Of a DNA stretch of 64,000 nt, positions 42,801 through 52,200 are shown in pieces; positions within the stretch are counted from its first letter, which is position 1, and every line of letters starts with the position of its first letter. Origin of the DNA: Alphaproteobacteria bacterium (GTDB taxonomy: Bacteria > Pseudomonadota > Alphaproteobacteria > SHVV01). The DNA lies in NCBI GenBank assembly GCA_965261735.1, contig OZ253470.1, positions 1,856,001 to 1,920,000 on the forward strand, given 5' to 3'. A program made the translations under genes and the position numbers. The notes below the pieces were generated by a model, which was not told the origin of the DNA, searched no databases, and saw only the letters and a list, made by a program, of their open reading frames with translations.

Positions 42801-44292
42801 GAAGCCACAACCGCAAGGTTGCGCCTTCGTCTCGTAAGGTTCGTTCCAGAACCAAAATTGGTCGTTCTATAGTAGCAAAGGCGCGCCCATACTGGGGACC
42901 GTCCATTCCATGTGGCCGTACCTGGTTAGGAACCCCGTAGTTGATTCGGTAGCCAAGAGCGAAGGTCAGACCGCTGCCAACATCAAAATCGGCGGATACA
43001 CATACCCGGATATCTGCGAACCTTGGCAAGACCGCGGATGTGCCCGCCCGATCCGGGATGTTCGCCTCCATTTGGTCGTGCAAAGTGGCTGCGCGGGCAC
43101 TGAGAACTGTCCGTTTGGCCCGAAGCATCTGGTGGATTTCAAAGGCAGGACTGCCCGCCGGCAGCGCTGCAACCGCCGCGATATCAAGAACACGTGCTTC
43201 CCGAAGCTTGCCGCATGCACCCTCTGTTAGCCCAGCCACTCGACTGAGGTGTTGAGTTTGCTCTGCCATCGGCCAGCAGTACCGCTCGTCAGGACGACGG
43301 TCATCATCAGGACGGCCCTCGGCACCTTCGTCGTCGTGACGAGACCAGCGATATCCAAGGTAGTCGCAGCCAGCACACCGATTGTCTATGTGCCAATCAA
43401 GTTCACGCCAATTCGGTTCGGCCAAGACCTCACGGAGATCGACTCGCAGGAAGCGCTGGATTCGACCGAGTACTACTTCGGGAGGCATGGCTTCAAGATC
43501 CGCCTCAAGGCCCTCTCGATACCGTTCAGGGTCGAGAACCGGGACGCCAGCGGCACGATCGTCCAGGAGAAGCCGACGGATAGTAGAGCCCTCGTGTGCA
43601 CCAGGCCATATTGCCGCTTCAGCAAGCACAACGAAACGATCGCTCCGTCCGGTATCCCCAAGCCATCCAGCTAAAGCCATACCGTAATACGCCAGCTCCG
43701 AAAAATGCGAAGGGGATGGTTCTCCCGCAATCTTGATGTCGATGATGCGAAGACCCAACCGTTCATCCTGAGGATCGATACGGATCAAGGAGCCAGACTG
43801 ACTAATGATCCGACGCCCCTCCCGTAGCACGGGAGGCTGCACCTGGAGAATGTCTGGACGGAGTGCCCCGAACCCTAGAGGCTCGCCCCCCGCCACTGCT
43901 GTTCCGTCCGCAAGATCCGCCAAACCGTGGGCAGCACGGAAGCTATCGGTCGTCTCGAACTGTGCCTCAAGTGCGAGTTGGTGCGGCTCCAAGCCATCAA
44001 TTATCGAATTAAGTTCGATGATCTCAAAAGCACGATCCTCTTCGGCCTCATATGCCCGAAGCGCACCACGAACCACCAAGCCCCCAAATACATCTTCCAG
44101 CTCGCGGAACTTCGTTCGTTCGTACTCCTTGCCCTGCTGTGTCAATAGGGCAAGTCCGGGTCGGCCAGCATCCTTTTCGGGAACACCAGCCAATCGTCGC
44201 TCCTGGACACCACTGTAGAGATCTAGCCGCAGTCGGCGACGGCAACCCGTACGAATGTACTGCGAAATGAGGCTCTTACCCAAGCGATACAA
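39871..44292 (-). CDS. Dna2-like protein: Cas4/RecB-type Fe-S nuclease + SF1B (UPF1/DNA2) helicase
   Basis: TTG start with AAGGAGG SD; C17..RPD..IDIK..ELAYY..CAGC..C; WGPPGTGKS, IDEASQ, GDDKQMAP, VTPHRAQ, TVERFQGQE, NRFNVTASRA. Confidence 0.87.
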   Translation of the reverse strand: MYRLGKSLISQYIRTGCRRRLRLDLYSGVQERRLAGVPEKDAGRPGLALLTQQGKEYERTKFRELEDVFGGLVVRGALRAYEAEEDRAFEIIELNSIIDGLEPHQLALEAQFETTDSFRAAHGLADLADGTAVAGGEPLGFGALRPDILQVQPPVLREGRRIISQSGSLIRIDPQDERLGLRIIDIKIAGEPSPSHFSELAYYGMALAGWLGDTGRSDRFVVLAEAAIWPGAHEGSTIRRLLLDDRAAGVPVLDPERYREGLEADLEAMPPEVVLGRIQRFLRVDLREVLAEPNWRELDWHIDNRCAGCDYLGYRWSRHDDEGAEGRPDDDRRPDERYCWPMAEQTQHLSRVAGLTEGACGKLREARVLDIAAVAALPAGSPAFEIHQMLRAKRTVLSARAATLHDQMEANIPDRAGTSAVLPRFADIRVCVSADFDVGSGLTFALGYRINYGVPNQVRPHGMDGPQYGRAFATIERPILVLERTLRDEGATLRLWLRHLVEDIHRVRTDILEGYHNQGDADKADVTVQFFLWDQLTYHHLCRIFGRHLDIVQDPVLVGQADLNPIAWVFPADSLLEEPDFVSRSSPITIVSDAVNSLMAVPIPHHYGLIDLANELEPESRNLPNGERWWFHVNKFYRDPLSDQVPSERGHEIWNRTSPFLNQDFQWHQEEMRKVVRRKLHAITYVAEKLIGFLQDDLRSQAPRVGDVFQPAGRVTGVGDDGQILYQHTRLMAAAQRLQVDLLMAMPPHEREARYHSARVEAVLVGAERRDGLQAVGLAGRAADDTVYLFRLSARSREARLKEGEFTWSFLPEADLPELQDLTVAQFKTTNPAIQDALPINPWEWRTKLREDLKVNILRVDRRNQLLAVEVSELLAETLRLGLLQMNLDGPRGRFGILDLVAMDVFTQKLRRTLEDRSGIRNPPLAQQRPLFPTQHVARVRGGRPRVGDADSTAAEFIWNADQLARTESAAAPGPVLAIAQRSMPDLTERQSAAITRAVTRRLALWWGPPGTGKSRTAQAYLTAIAVEAVREGRPLRIAISGFTWVAIDNVARRLPELLVNAAVAEDVRLSRLNSRATTRGVDPQLADFVVPMDDANPRRVELERRLSEEDGVTIVASTVDQLYKLGAPAQCVSLFDIILIDEASQLDVAHAVVAFSKLAEGARVVVVGDDKQMAPIHPLEAPDGLEHLVGSIYDFFRHYRKHEGPQFEIEPVMLNRSFRSNCEIVEFVREAGYGEDLEAAEGNADLRIDTVREIETIQPIDWPEQLPFSPHLARITAPEYPLVAVVHSDRFSSQRNDGEADLAAGLILALFRAGLCDLEAEEGQPYSAEDFFRRGVGVVTPHRAQQAAVFDRLAAVLPDQVDRNAVFDSIDTVERFQGQEKAVMLASFGLGDADQIAAEETFMYSLNRFNVTASRAQAKFIALISRSLVDYLPRDRRTLEESRLLKHFVDGFLTRSEQISLPVFGTCELKFR

Positions 44293-44852
44293 CCGAAACC
44301 TCCTTAGTTTGCACCCGCGTCCATTGAGGTACAGCGCAACGATGGCCGCGCATCATTTTTGGGGCACGGATGCCCGCGCCGCTAGCACCAACACGGCCGA
44401 AAAGCGACTGGTTGGCAACCGCTGAGAATCAAGCGCAGCCGCGAAGGGCTTTTCATTTCGGTGCAAATGACATTAGCTTCGAAACATATACGACCGCACT
44501 TGATGGGAAGGATTCCGCAACTCGGCAAATATCGTATTCTCTCCCAACACTTAGCTAAGTCCGAAATGCCTCGCCTTTATGTGCTCTACTAATCGAAATT
44601 TCAATCATCCTGTCGATCACACTGTCAATCGGCTCGGAGTTTTCCATTTCATTACCAACCTCTCCTGGTCCATCCCATAATCTGCGACGATGTACTTGAG
44701 CTGATCTAGCCTCAACGGCGCCGGTTGGCCGCGAAGGGCCTCCTCCCCCCGTTGGGCAACAGCGAGGGGATCTAAGACCGTCGGAGGTAGACGGTTAGCC
44801 GGTCCGCGGACGCCGCTACCATTTTTCCCTTACGTGATGTCGCCTTAGCTTA

Positions 44853-45821
44853 GAGTCCGTCCGGGGACTTTATGTAGGATTACAGAGTTTTCGGAGCATG
44901 AGTCGAATGGACGCGAGCTTGATGAAGGCGAGCGCGTTGCGGTTGAGGTTCTCCCAGTCCTTGGCCAGTCGGCGGCAGCGGTTGAGCCAGGCGATGGTGC
45001 GTTCGACCACCCAACGCCTGGGCTGGACGACGAAGCCCTTCACCCGATCGGATCGCTTGACGATCTCGGTCTCGAGATCGGGCAGGATGCCGGCCAGGGC
45101 GCGGTGAAAGACCGGGCCCTGATAGGCGCTGTCGGCGAACAATTTCCCGAGAAAGGGAAACAGACCGAACAAGGTCGCCAGCAGCGCGAGACCGCCGTCG
45201 CGATCCTGAACGTCGGCGGCGGTGACGATGCCGTGCAGCAGCAAGCCTTGCGTATCGACCAGAACATGCCGCTTCTTGCCCTTGATCAGCTTGCCGGCAT
45301 CGAAGCCGTGGCTGTCGATGCGAGCCCCCCTTTTTCAGCGCATTTCACACTCTGACTGTCGATGATGCAGGCCGTGGGGCTGGCTTCGCGCGCGGCTTTC
45401 TCGCGGCACTTGAGGTAGAGCGCATGATGGATGCGATCCAGCGTGCCGTCCCAGTTCCACAGGCCGAGGTAATCATGCACGGTGCTTCTGGGCGGCAAAT
45501 CCTTGGGCAGCGCGCGCCACTGGCAGCCGGTGCTCAGAATGTACATCACGCCGTTGATCACCTCGCGGATAGCGACGCGCCGTTTGCCGTCGCCGGGCTT
45601 GCCCGGCGGGATCAGCGGCTCGATATGCGCCCATTCCGCATCGGTCAGGTCGCTCGGATAACGCAGTTTGTCGCGGTTGTAGCGCGGGCGGTTGTCGGCA
45701 GTCCACATGGGGCACCTCAAGAGCAAATTCACCACCCCAGAGAATCACAGCTGATTCAGCTCTTCAAGAGGGGCCGCCGGATAACCGATTCATCCGACTC
45801 ATAAAGTCCCCGGACGGACAC
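44853..45821 (-). mobile_element. IS5-family (IS1031-like) element, 969 bp
   Basis: IR G(A/T)GTCCGTCCGGGGACTTTAT; 3-bp TSD TTA at 44850-44852 and 45822-45824. Confidence 0.92.
44870..45708 (-). CDS. IS5-family transposase in two frames (probable programmed frameshift)
   Basis: ORF1 YPSDLTDAEW..TGCQWRALP..IIDSQSVK; ORF2 ADSAY..RWVVERTIAWL..RRL.KD; slippery AAAAAGGGGGG at 45335-45325. Confidence 0.88.
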
Positions 45822-46187
45822 TTAGCAGGACGTTTCTTCGCCTCTAGATCCAAGGCGCTCCGCAGTTCTCATTGAATTGAGGGTTTCGATCAGCTTCGTC
45901 ACTTATTGCTTCTTGTGTGAGCTCTTCCAATTTCTCTGCCAAATGTTGATACCCCCATTTCTGTTTTTGAACTGAGCCGCGTTCCGCGGCGGGGTGTCTT
46001 GCCCGCCGGGTGTTCGCAGTGATCTCCCTACACCAAGCTAGTTGAAGCGGACCTTGCGGCTCGGCTTGCCGGGGCAAGTCCTGATCCGCGTTTCTCCCTC
46101 ATTGATAAATGGTCGTCGACTGCCTCACCGGCGAGCGAGAGCATAGGCGTGTTTTCGTGACCGCTCAGACCCAGAGGGAGAAGACCC

Positions 46188-47045
46188 ATGACACAGCTGC
46201 GCCAACGCATGACCGACGACATGACCGTTCGCGGACTCGCCGAGAACACCAAGAAGTCGTACCTCAACTCGGTTGCCGGGCTCGCACGTCACTATCGTCG
46301 CAGACCCGACCGGATCTCCGCTCCGGAAGTCCAGGACTACCTCCTCCATTTGCACGAACAGAAGGGGTTGACCTGGCAGAGCTGCAACTGCGTTCGCCAC
46401 GGCGTCCGCTTCCTGTACCGCATCACGCTCGGTTTGCCCGACCCGCACTTCTATCTGCCGGGTGCCAAGACGCCGTCCACCCTGCCCCGGATCCTCAACC
46501 GCGACGAGCTCGTGCGGCTGTTTACCGTGACCACCAACCGCAAGCATCGCGCCTTGCTGATGACGGCCTACGCCGCAGGGCTTCGGGCGAGCGAGCTGGG
46601 GCGGCTACAGCTCAGCGATATCGACTCCGAACGCATGTGTCTGCGCGTCGATCAAGGCAAGGGCAATAAGGACCGCTACGTCCCCCTCTCGCCCCGGCTG
46701 CTCGATGAACTTCGCGCGTACTGGCGCCGGCATCGTCCCCGGCACTGGTTGTTCCCCAGTGATCTCCGCAGCCGGCCGATGATGACGCGCGCGGGACCTG
46801 CGCACATTTACAAGGCAGCCAAGGACAAGGCCAGGATCGACAAGCCCGGCGGGATCCACACGCTGCGGCATTGCTACGCCACCGGGCTCCTCGAGGCCGG
46901 GGTCGAGCTACACGTCATTCAGCGCCGGCTCGGGCACAGCTCCATCCGCTCGACCATGCGCTATCTGCATTTGGCCCACGACAAGACTTCCGCCACCCCG
47001 TCTCCCCTGGACCTCTTAGAGTTCCCGCGGTCCGGCCAGTCCTGA
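46188..47045 (+). CDS. Tyrosine recombinase/integrase (SAM-like N-terminal domain)
   Basis: YAAGLRASE, GKGNKDRYV, HTLRHCYAT, LGHSSIRSTMRY. Confidence 0.93.
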   Translation: MTQLRQRMTDDMTVRGLAENTKKSYLNSVAGLARHYRRRPDRISAPEVQDYLLHLHEQKGLTWQSCNCVRHGVRFLYRITLGLPDPHFYLPGAKTPSTLPRILNRDELVRLFTVTTNRKHRALLMTAYAAGLRASELGRLQLSDIDSERMCLRVDQGKGNKDRYVPLSPRLLDELRAYWRRHRPRHWLFPSDLRSRPMMTRAGPAHIYKAAKDKARIDKPGGIHTLRHCYATGLLEAGVELHVIQRRLGHSSIRSTMRYLHLAHDKTSATPSPLDLLEFPRSGQS

Positions 47046-47048
47046 CCG

Positions 47049-48206
47049 GTGGCTCATGTCAGTCACGCAGCGCCGGCCACCCGGCCGGCGCTGGAGGTCG
47101 CGGACATCCTGCGCGAGCGTGGCGATGCTTATCGTGAGACGCATCGGCTCTCGGCCCAGCAACACAAGGTCGTGGACGCGCTGGTGAACTGTCGCACCGC
47201 CGCGCTCGGCGGGTTCAAGGCGCATTGCGACCAATGCGGGGCGGTGACGATCCAATACGCGTCGTGCAGGAACCGTCACTGCCCCAAGTGTCAGACCCTC
47301 TCGCAAACCCGATGGGTCGAGCGTCAGTGCGCCGATCTGTTCGACATCGACTACTGGCATGTGGTCTTCACCTTGCCCCACGACCTCAACCCCGTGGCTC
47401 AGGGCAATCCCGCGCTCATCTACAAGCTGCTCTTCAAGGCCGCATCCCAGACCCTGCTAGAGTTCGGCCGCAATCCCCGCTGGCTCGGCGGCGAGCTCGG
47501 CATCACCATGGTGCTGCACACCTGGGGCCAGAATCTGGGACAGCACATCCACGTCCACTGCATCGTCACCGGCGGAGCCTTGAGCCCGGACCAGCAAAGC
47601 TGGATCGCCCCCGCGCGCAAGGGATTCCTGTTCCCAACGGCCGCTCTCTCCAAGGTCTTCCGCGGGAAGTATCTCGACTTCCTCACCGACGCCCATCGCA
47701 AGGGCGAGCTGCGCATGCCCGGCCGCGATGGTCTCGACGGCAGCCGCGCCTTCGAATGTTTGAAGACCTCGCTTCGATCGAACAACTGGGTGGTCTATAC
47801 CAAGGCCCCGTTCGCCGGCGCCGGCCAGGTGCTGGCCTATCTCGGGCGCTACACCCACAAGACCGCCATCGGCAACCACCGTCTCGTCGAGTTCGACGGG
47901 GAGCACGTCCGCTTCCGGTGGCGCGACTACGCCGACGGCAACAAGGCCAAGGTGATGCGTCTCGACGCCGACGAGTTCATCCGCCGCTTCCTCCTGCATG
48001 TGCTGCCGCGCGGCTTCACCCGGCTGCGCCACTACGGATTGCTCGCCAATCGTTCCAGAACCGGCAAGCTCGCCCTGTGCCGAGCCATGCTTGGTCAGCC
48101 AGACCCGGAACCGCTCGAGCCGGAGACGACGCAGGAGATGATGCTGCGTCTGACGGGAATCGACATCACCGTGTGCCGGCAGTGCAGGAAGGGAACGCTG
48201 CGGTAG
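47049..48206 (+). CDS. IS91-family (Y2) transposase with Zn-binding N-terminus
   Basis: CRTAALGG, SCRNRHCPKCQ, HVVFTLP, HTWG..HIHVH (HUH), YLGRY, RHYGLLAN. Confidence 0.93.
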   Translation: MAHVSHAAPATRPALEVADILRERGDAYRETHRLSAQQHKVVDALVNCRTAALGGFKAHCDQCGAVTIQYASCRNRHCPKCQTLSQTRWVERQCADLFDIDYWHVVFTLPHDLNPVAQGNPALIYKLLFKAASQTLLEFGRNPRWLGGELGITMVLHTWGQNLGQHIHVHCIVTGGALSPDQQSWIAPARKGFLFPTAALSKVFRGKYLDFLTDAHRKGELRMPGRDGLDGSRAFECLKTSLRSNNWVVYTKAPFAGAGQVLAYLGRYTHKTAIGNHRLVEFDGEHVRFRWRDYADGNKAKVMRLDADEFIRRFLLHVLPRGFTRLRHYGLLANRSRTGKLALCRAMLGQPDPEPLEPETTQEMMLRLTGIDITVCRQCRKGTLR

Positions 48207-48764
48207 ATCCTCATTCTCGATCGGCGACTTCAAACGTCGATGCGGGCAACGAAGACCGGACCTCCGTGACGATGCGCCAGAGCCGACCAAGACCCGATAT
48301 CAACGCGCCGATCAACGCGCCACGGCCGCCCTTGTGCTGCTCTCATCCCGAGCGCCGGAGAAACATCGCCGGGTGCCGCTGCTCAGGCTCGGAAATCTCT
48401 TCCGAGCCCACTTTCGCAGTGGCCTCGCCTCAGCTGTGGGCAATCAACCCGACCGCTTTGATCTAATCGACACCCACCAAGCGGTTACTTTCCCCATAGC
48501 GCGGCACCGTCAGTGCCGCGCGGCTCAGCTCAATGCTCTTATCGGTCCTGCTGCGCACGACCGATAAGAGCCTATTCATAAAGTCATCTTGCCCCTGTGC
48601 TCCGCTACTGCTGCGAACTGATTTGCCCATTGTGCCTGCTTGATTTCCGCCACCAATGCGACGTGACATTCAGGATCGCCGACATCGCACCGAAAGCGCC
48701 CGGTTTCAACTTCCCGAACCTCGCCGTCCTCACTTGTCTCCGATCCGCGTCCGCTCCCGGTTCA

Positions 48765-48824
48765 CTACCCGTTGCCCTCATTCACGGCATTCCTGAGCGC
48801 CTTGCCCGGCTTGAACGCCGTCAC
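48765..48824 (-). pseudogene. HU/IHF-family C-terminal remnant
   Basis: Translates VTAFKPGKALRNAVNEGNG*, matching the HU C-terminal AFKPGKALKDAVN pattern. Confidence 0.55.
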
Positions 48825-49237
48825 CCGTCACCCCGGTCCTTGGCATGTCGTCGAAGTGCGGCGTGGATGCGCTCTTGGGGTGCGAGACGCTGCCGGGCCT
48901 CGCGCTCGACGATCCCACGCCGCAGGCCGGGCGTCTCAGCGCGGAAGCGGCCTACGGCTTCCCGGTGTTCGGCGGGCGCTTCACCGGGACGGCGTATCTC
49001 GACATCGCGCTCGGAGTGGAGGGCACGCGCCGTGTGAGTTGGGATGGGTCGCCCGAGCACGGGACCATGCTGCGCCTGATGTTGCGCTGGTAGCGGGCCG
49101 GAACCGGTTGAGGCGCCGGAAGCCTCGGGGTCCCCTCAAGTAACTACTCTCTACTCTACTGAATTTCTCGTTTCCGTGGATGGCTATCGGGCATTTGGTC
49201 TTGGGTAACCAAGCGCCACAAGGCGAGCGCGACGCTG

Positions 49238-52200
49238 CTATATGCCCATGCTTCGTCCCCGGGATCTTTTGTAGGTCTGGCGTTCTTCTTCCTCGACCGT
49301 TTCGCGCTTTTGAGAGTGGCGCTCAACATAGTCGTCGAATTCCTTTTGCGCCGCCTTGCGTTCTGCCCCCGTCGCGTTGTACGCGGCTGATTGAAGCCGG
49401 CTGAACTCGCGGGCCTCCCTTTGCGCCCGGTGCTGGCGTTCCTCGTGCGTCTCCTGAGGTGCGGATTGTTCGCTTTGGCGCTCCCGTTCAGCGGCCTGCG
49501 ATATCTGCTTGTCGTCCCTGCCGATCAGCCTGCCGATATCGGTGAGCGCCCAGCGCACGTGCTCCAGGCCGAGCGAGATGCCGTTGAGGTGGGGGGCATA
49601 GGTATCTTGGTCGTCTATGATACGCCGACCGGTCTCGGCCAGCCTGTCGATGTCCGCCCGCCACCTGTCATAGCCAGTGAGACCGGTAACCGGTTTGTTT
49701 AAATCGATCGCGACGGTTTCCAGCACCTCGCTGCGATATTCCAGCCGGTCCTTGACTGCAGCGAGATAATCCTCGATTTCACGGCGGGTTTCGGTCCCTT
49801 CGTCGAGGTGGGCGAGCACGTTCCCGAGCGACCGGCGTGGGCGGTCTTCAAGGGCCGGGTTTTCGGCCAACGCTTCCATGCGGGCGCGGAACTGCTTGTA
49901 GCCGTCCACATATATGGCATGGACACCGGCCCGTTCCGCGGCCGCGAGGTGACGACTCCAGTCCTTTCTCAAGGCCGAATAGGTGTCCCAGGCGACCTGT
50001 TTTTCCGTTGGTACGGTCGGTTTATCCACTGGCGGCGCCGGCGCCACTGCTGGAGGACCTCCGGCCAAGTCCCGTTCGGTTGGCATGGCAACCGTTTCAA
50101 TCGGGGGTGTGGCCTGCGCCGGGGTATGCGGTCTGCCATCGCCCGGCCTAGCCGGTCGACTGCGCCCGGGGGGCACGCCACCCGCTGTCTCGGCGGCTCC
50201 GCCCCCGAGCGGCTGCACGCCCTGGCGCATCTCCGGCTCGAGCCCCTGTTGATCCGCCTCCCGCTTGATCCGATGCACGTAGCGCATCGTGGCCGCGCGC
50301 CGGTGACGCCGCGCCCGTGTATGGAGATCCTCGAAGGCGTCAAGATCCTTGCGCCCGATACCGCAGCGCTCTGCCAGCAGGGAGGCGAAGTCGTCCGGCC
50401 GGGCGCGGAAGGCCGCGGCCTGTTTAAGCAGTGCCGAGTGACGGGTGAGCGTCTCCTGGTAAGCGGGCCCAAGCGCCACGGTATCGCCTTGCGTGCGGGT
50501 GCGCTCGCGCAGATCGTCGTATGCCGCCAGAATTTCCTCGCGGCCAGCGGCGAAGGTGGAGACTGCCTGGGCATGGCGCCAACCGAAGGCGGTGCGCCGG
50601 ATATCCCGCGCGATGCGGGACAGCGCGTTGTCGTTGGCTGCCGGACGAGCTTCCAGCGGCTCTTCCCGGGTTTCTCGGGTTTCTCGGATTGACCGGGAAT
50701 TGTCCTCCCGAACATGCTCCCGTCGGTCTTCCCATACGCCATCGGCCATGTAATCGAGCGCCGCTTCTTTGGGCTGCGACCGTGACCAGCGTTCGGCGAG
50801 ATACGACCGGATCTCGGTGTCCGTCACCACCGCTTTCCGGTCGTTGTCGGCCCTTCTATCGGCAATATCGAGAACGAGCGGCGCCCGGTTAACGTAAATG
50901 TCGAGCCCTTCGCGATGGCGTGTCGCCGCGGGATAGATGGTTTCACGCGCCGGCCGTGCATCGGCCAGCAGGAACGTCCGGTCCACGGTCAACCCCTGGG
51001 CCGATGTGATCGTGAGCGCATAGCCGTGATCGAGGCGGATATTGCCGTACCAGTCGCGGATTTCGTCGTGATGGAACGATACGGCTCGTCCGTCCTCGGT
51101 GCGCGCCGATATCAGGACACTTGGCTCCGTACCGGCCTCGCCTCTTTGAACCTTGAAGTCGTCGACCGTGACCACGGTGCCGTTGAACAGCTGCTTCTCC
51201 CAGTGGGTGGCGCCAATGCGCAGCCGGTCGCCGCGCACGATCTCCAGTGGCGAGGCTGTTCTCTCGTCTTCCGTGCCCCTGCTTACAATAATCGTCACTC
51301 GGTCCGCATGGACCCGATCCGGATCGGGCCGTTCCCCATTCGGCAGGGCGGTAAAACGACGTTCCCGCATCAGATGAGACAGTGCCCGCACTTCGGCCCG
51401 CGTGCGCGCCAGAACCACGCTGGATTTGTCGGGATGTTCGCGCTGGTAGCGATCCCAGTCATCGATCAGACCGGTCAACGTCTTTTCTTCATCGTACCCG
51501 ATATGGAACCGGCCCCTTGCGCGGTGGGCCGCTATGGCCGATGCCGCGTCGCCATCGCGAAGCGCTTCCGATGCCGCTACCTGCCACGGTGTGAATGCAG
51601 GCTTATCCTCCATCGCCTCGTATTCAGCAACAATTCGGGTGCGTTCCTGCTCCCCCATCATCCCCGTGCGGAACCGCGCAGCCTCCGGTGCCTCGCCATG
51701 GACATGAACCAGGATGTCTTCCAGGTCGGCCTTCTGGCGGCGGATTCGGTCAACCCGCACGCTGCCAACGGCGTCGCGCACCAACCTCAACCCCGGACCT
51801 GCTTCTACCGGCTGTTGCTGCTGCGTGTCGCCCGCGAATACGATCTTCGCTCCATGACGTTCTGAGAGTTGGAGAATATGATGCGCCTGGCGGGTCGACA
51901 GCATCCCCGCCTCGTCGACGATGATGGTGGTGTTTCCATCGATCTCGATCCCGCCCCGCGCGGCAAGGCGCAGCAGCTTGTCGACGCAGAACGGCCGCGC
52001 ATCGACATCGTTACCCAGCGCCACGGCGGTGCGCCAAGCCACAGCCGTGGCGATGATGTTCTTCCCGTGTTCACGGTAGAGATCGGCGATTGGCCGGAGC
52101 GTCGTGGTCTTGCCTGAGCCCGCCGCCCCTTCGATGATGGCTACACGTCCGCTCGAAGACGTTACGGCCCGAATCGCCTTGATCTGTTCTTGGCTCAACG

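Larger units (their letters stand above)
45967..48580 (+). mobile_element. IS91-like element encoding a tyrosine recombinase and a Y2 transposase
   Basis: Two-gene arrangement; inverted pair TTGA(A/G)CTGAGCCGCG at 45967 and 48533; hairpin GCTCTTATCGGTC/GACCGATAAGAGC at 48535-48570; ends approximate. Confidence 0.75.

Noticed and set aside
44870-45735. IS5 transposase as a pseudogene
   Set aside because: The split falls at an A5G6 slippery run typical of frameshifted IS5-family elements, and the IRs and TSD are intact.
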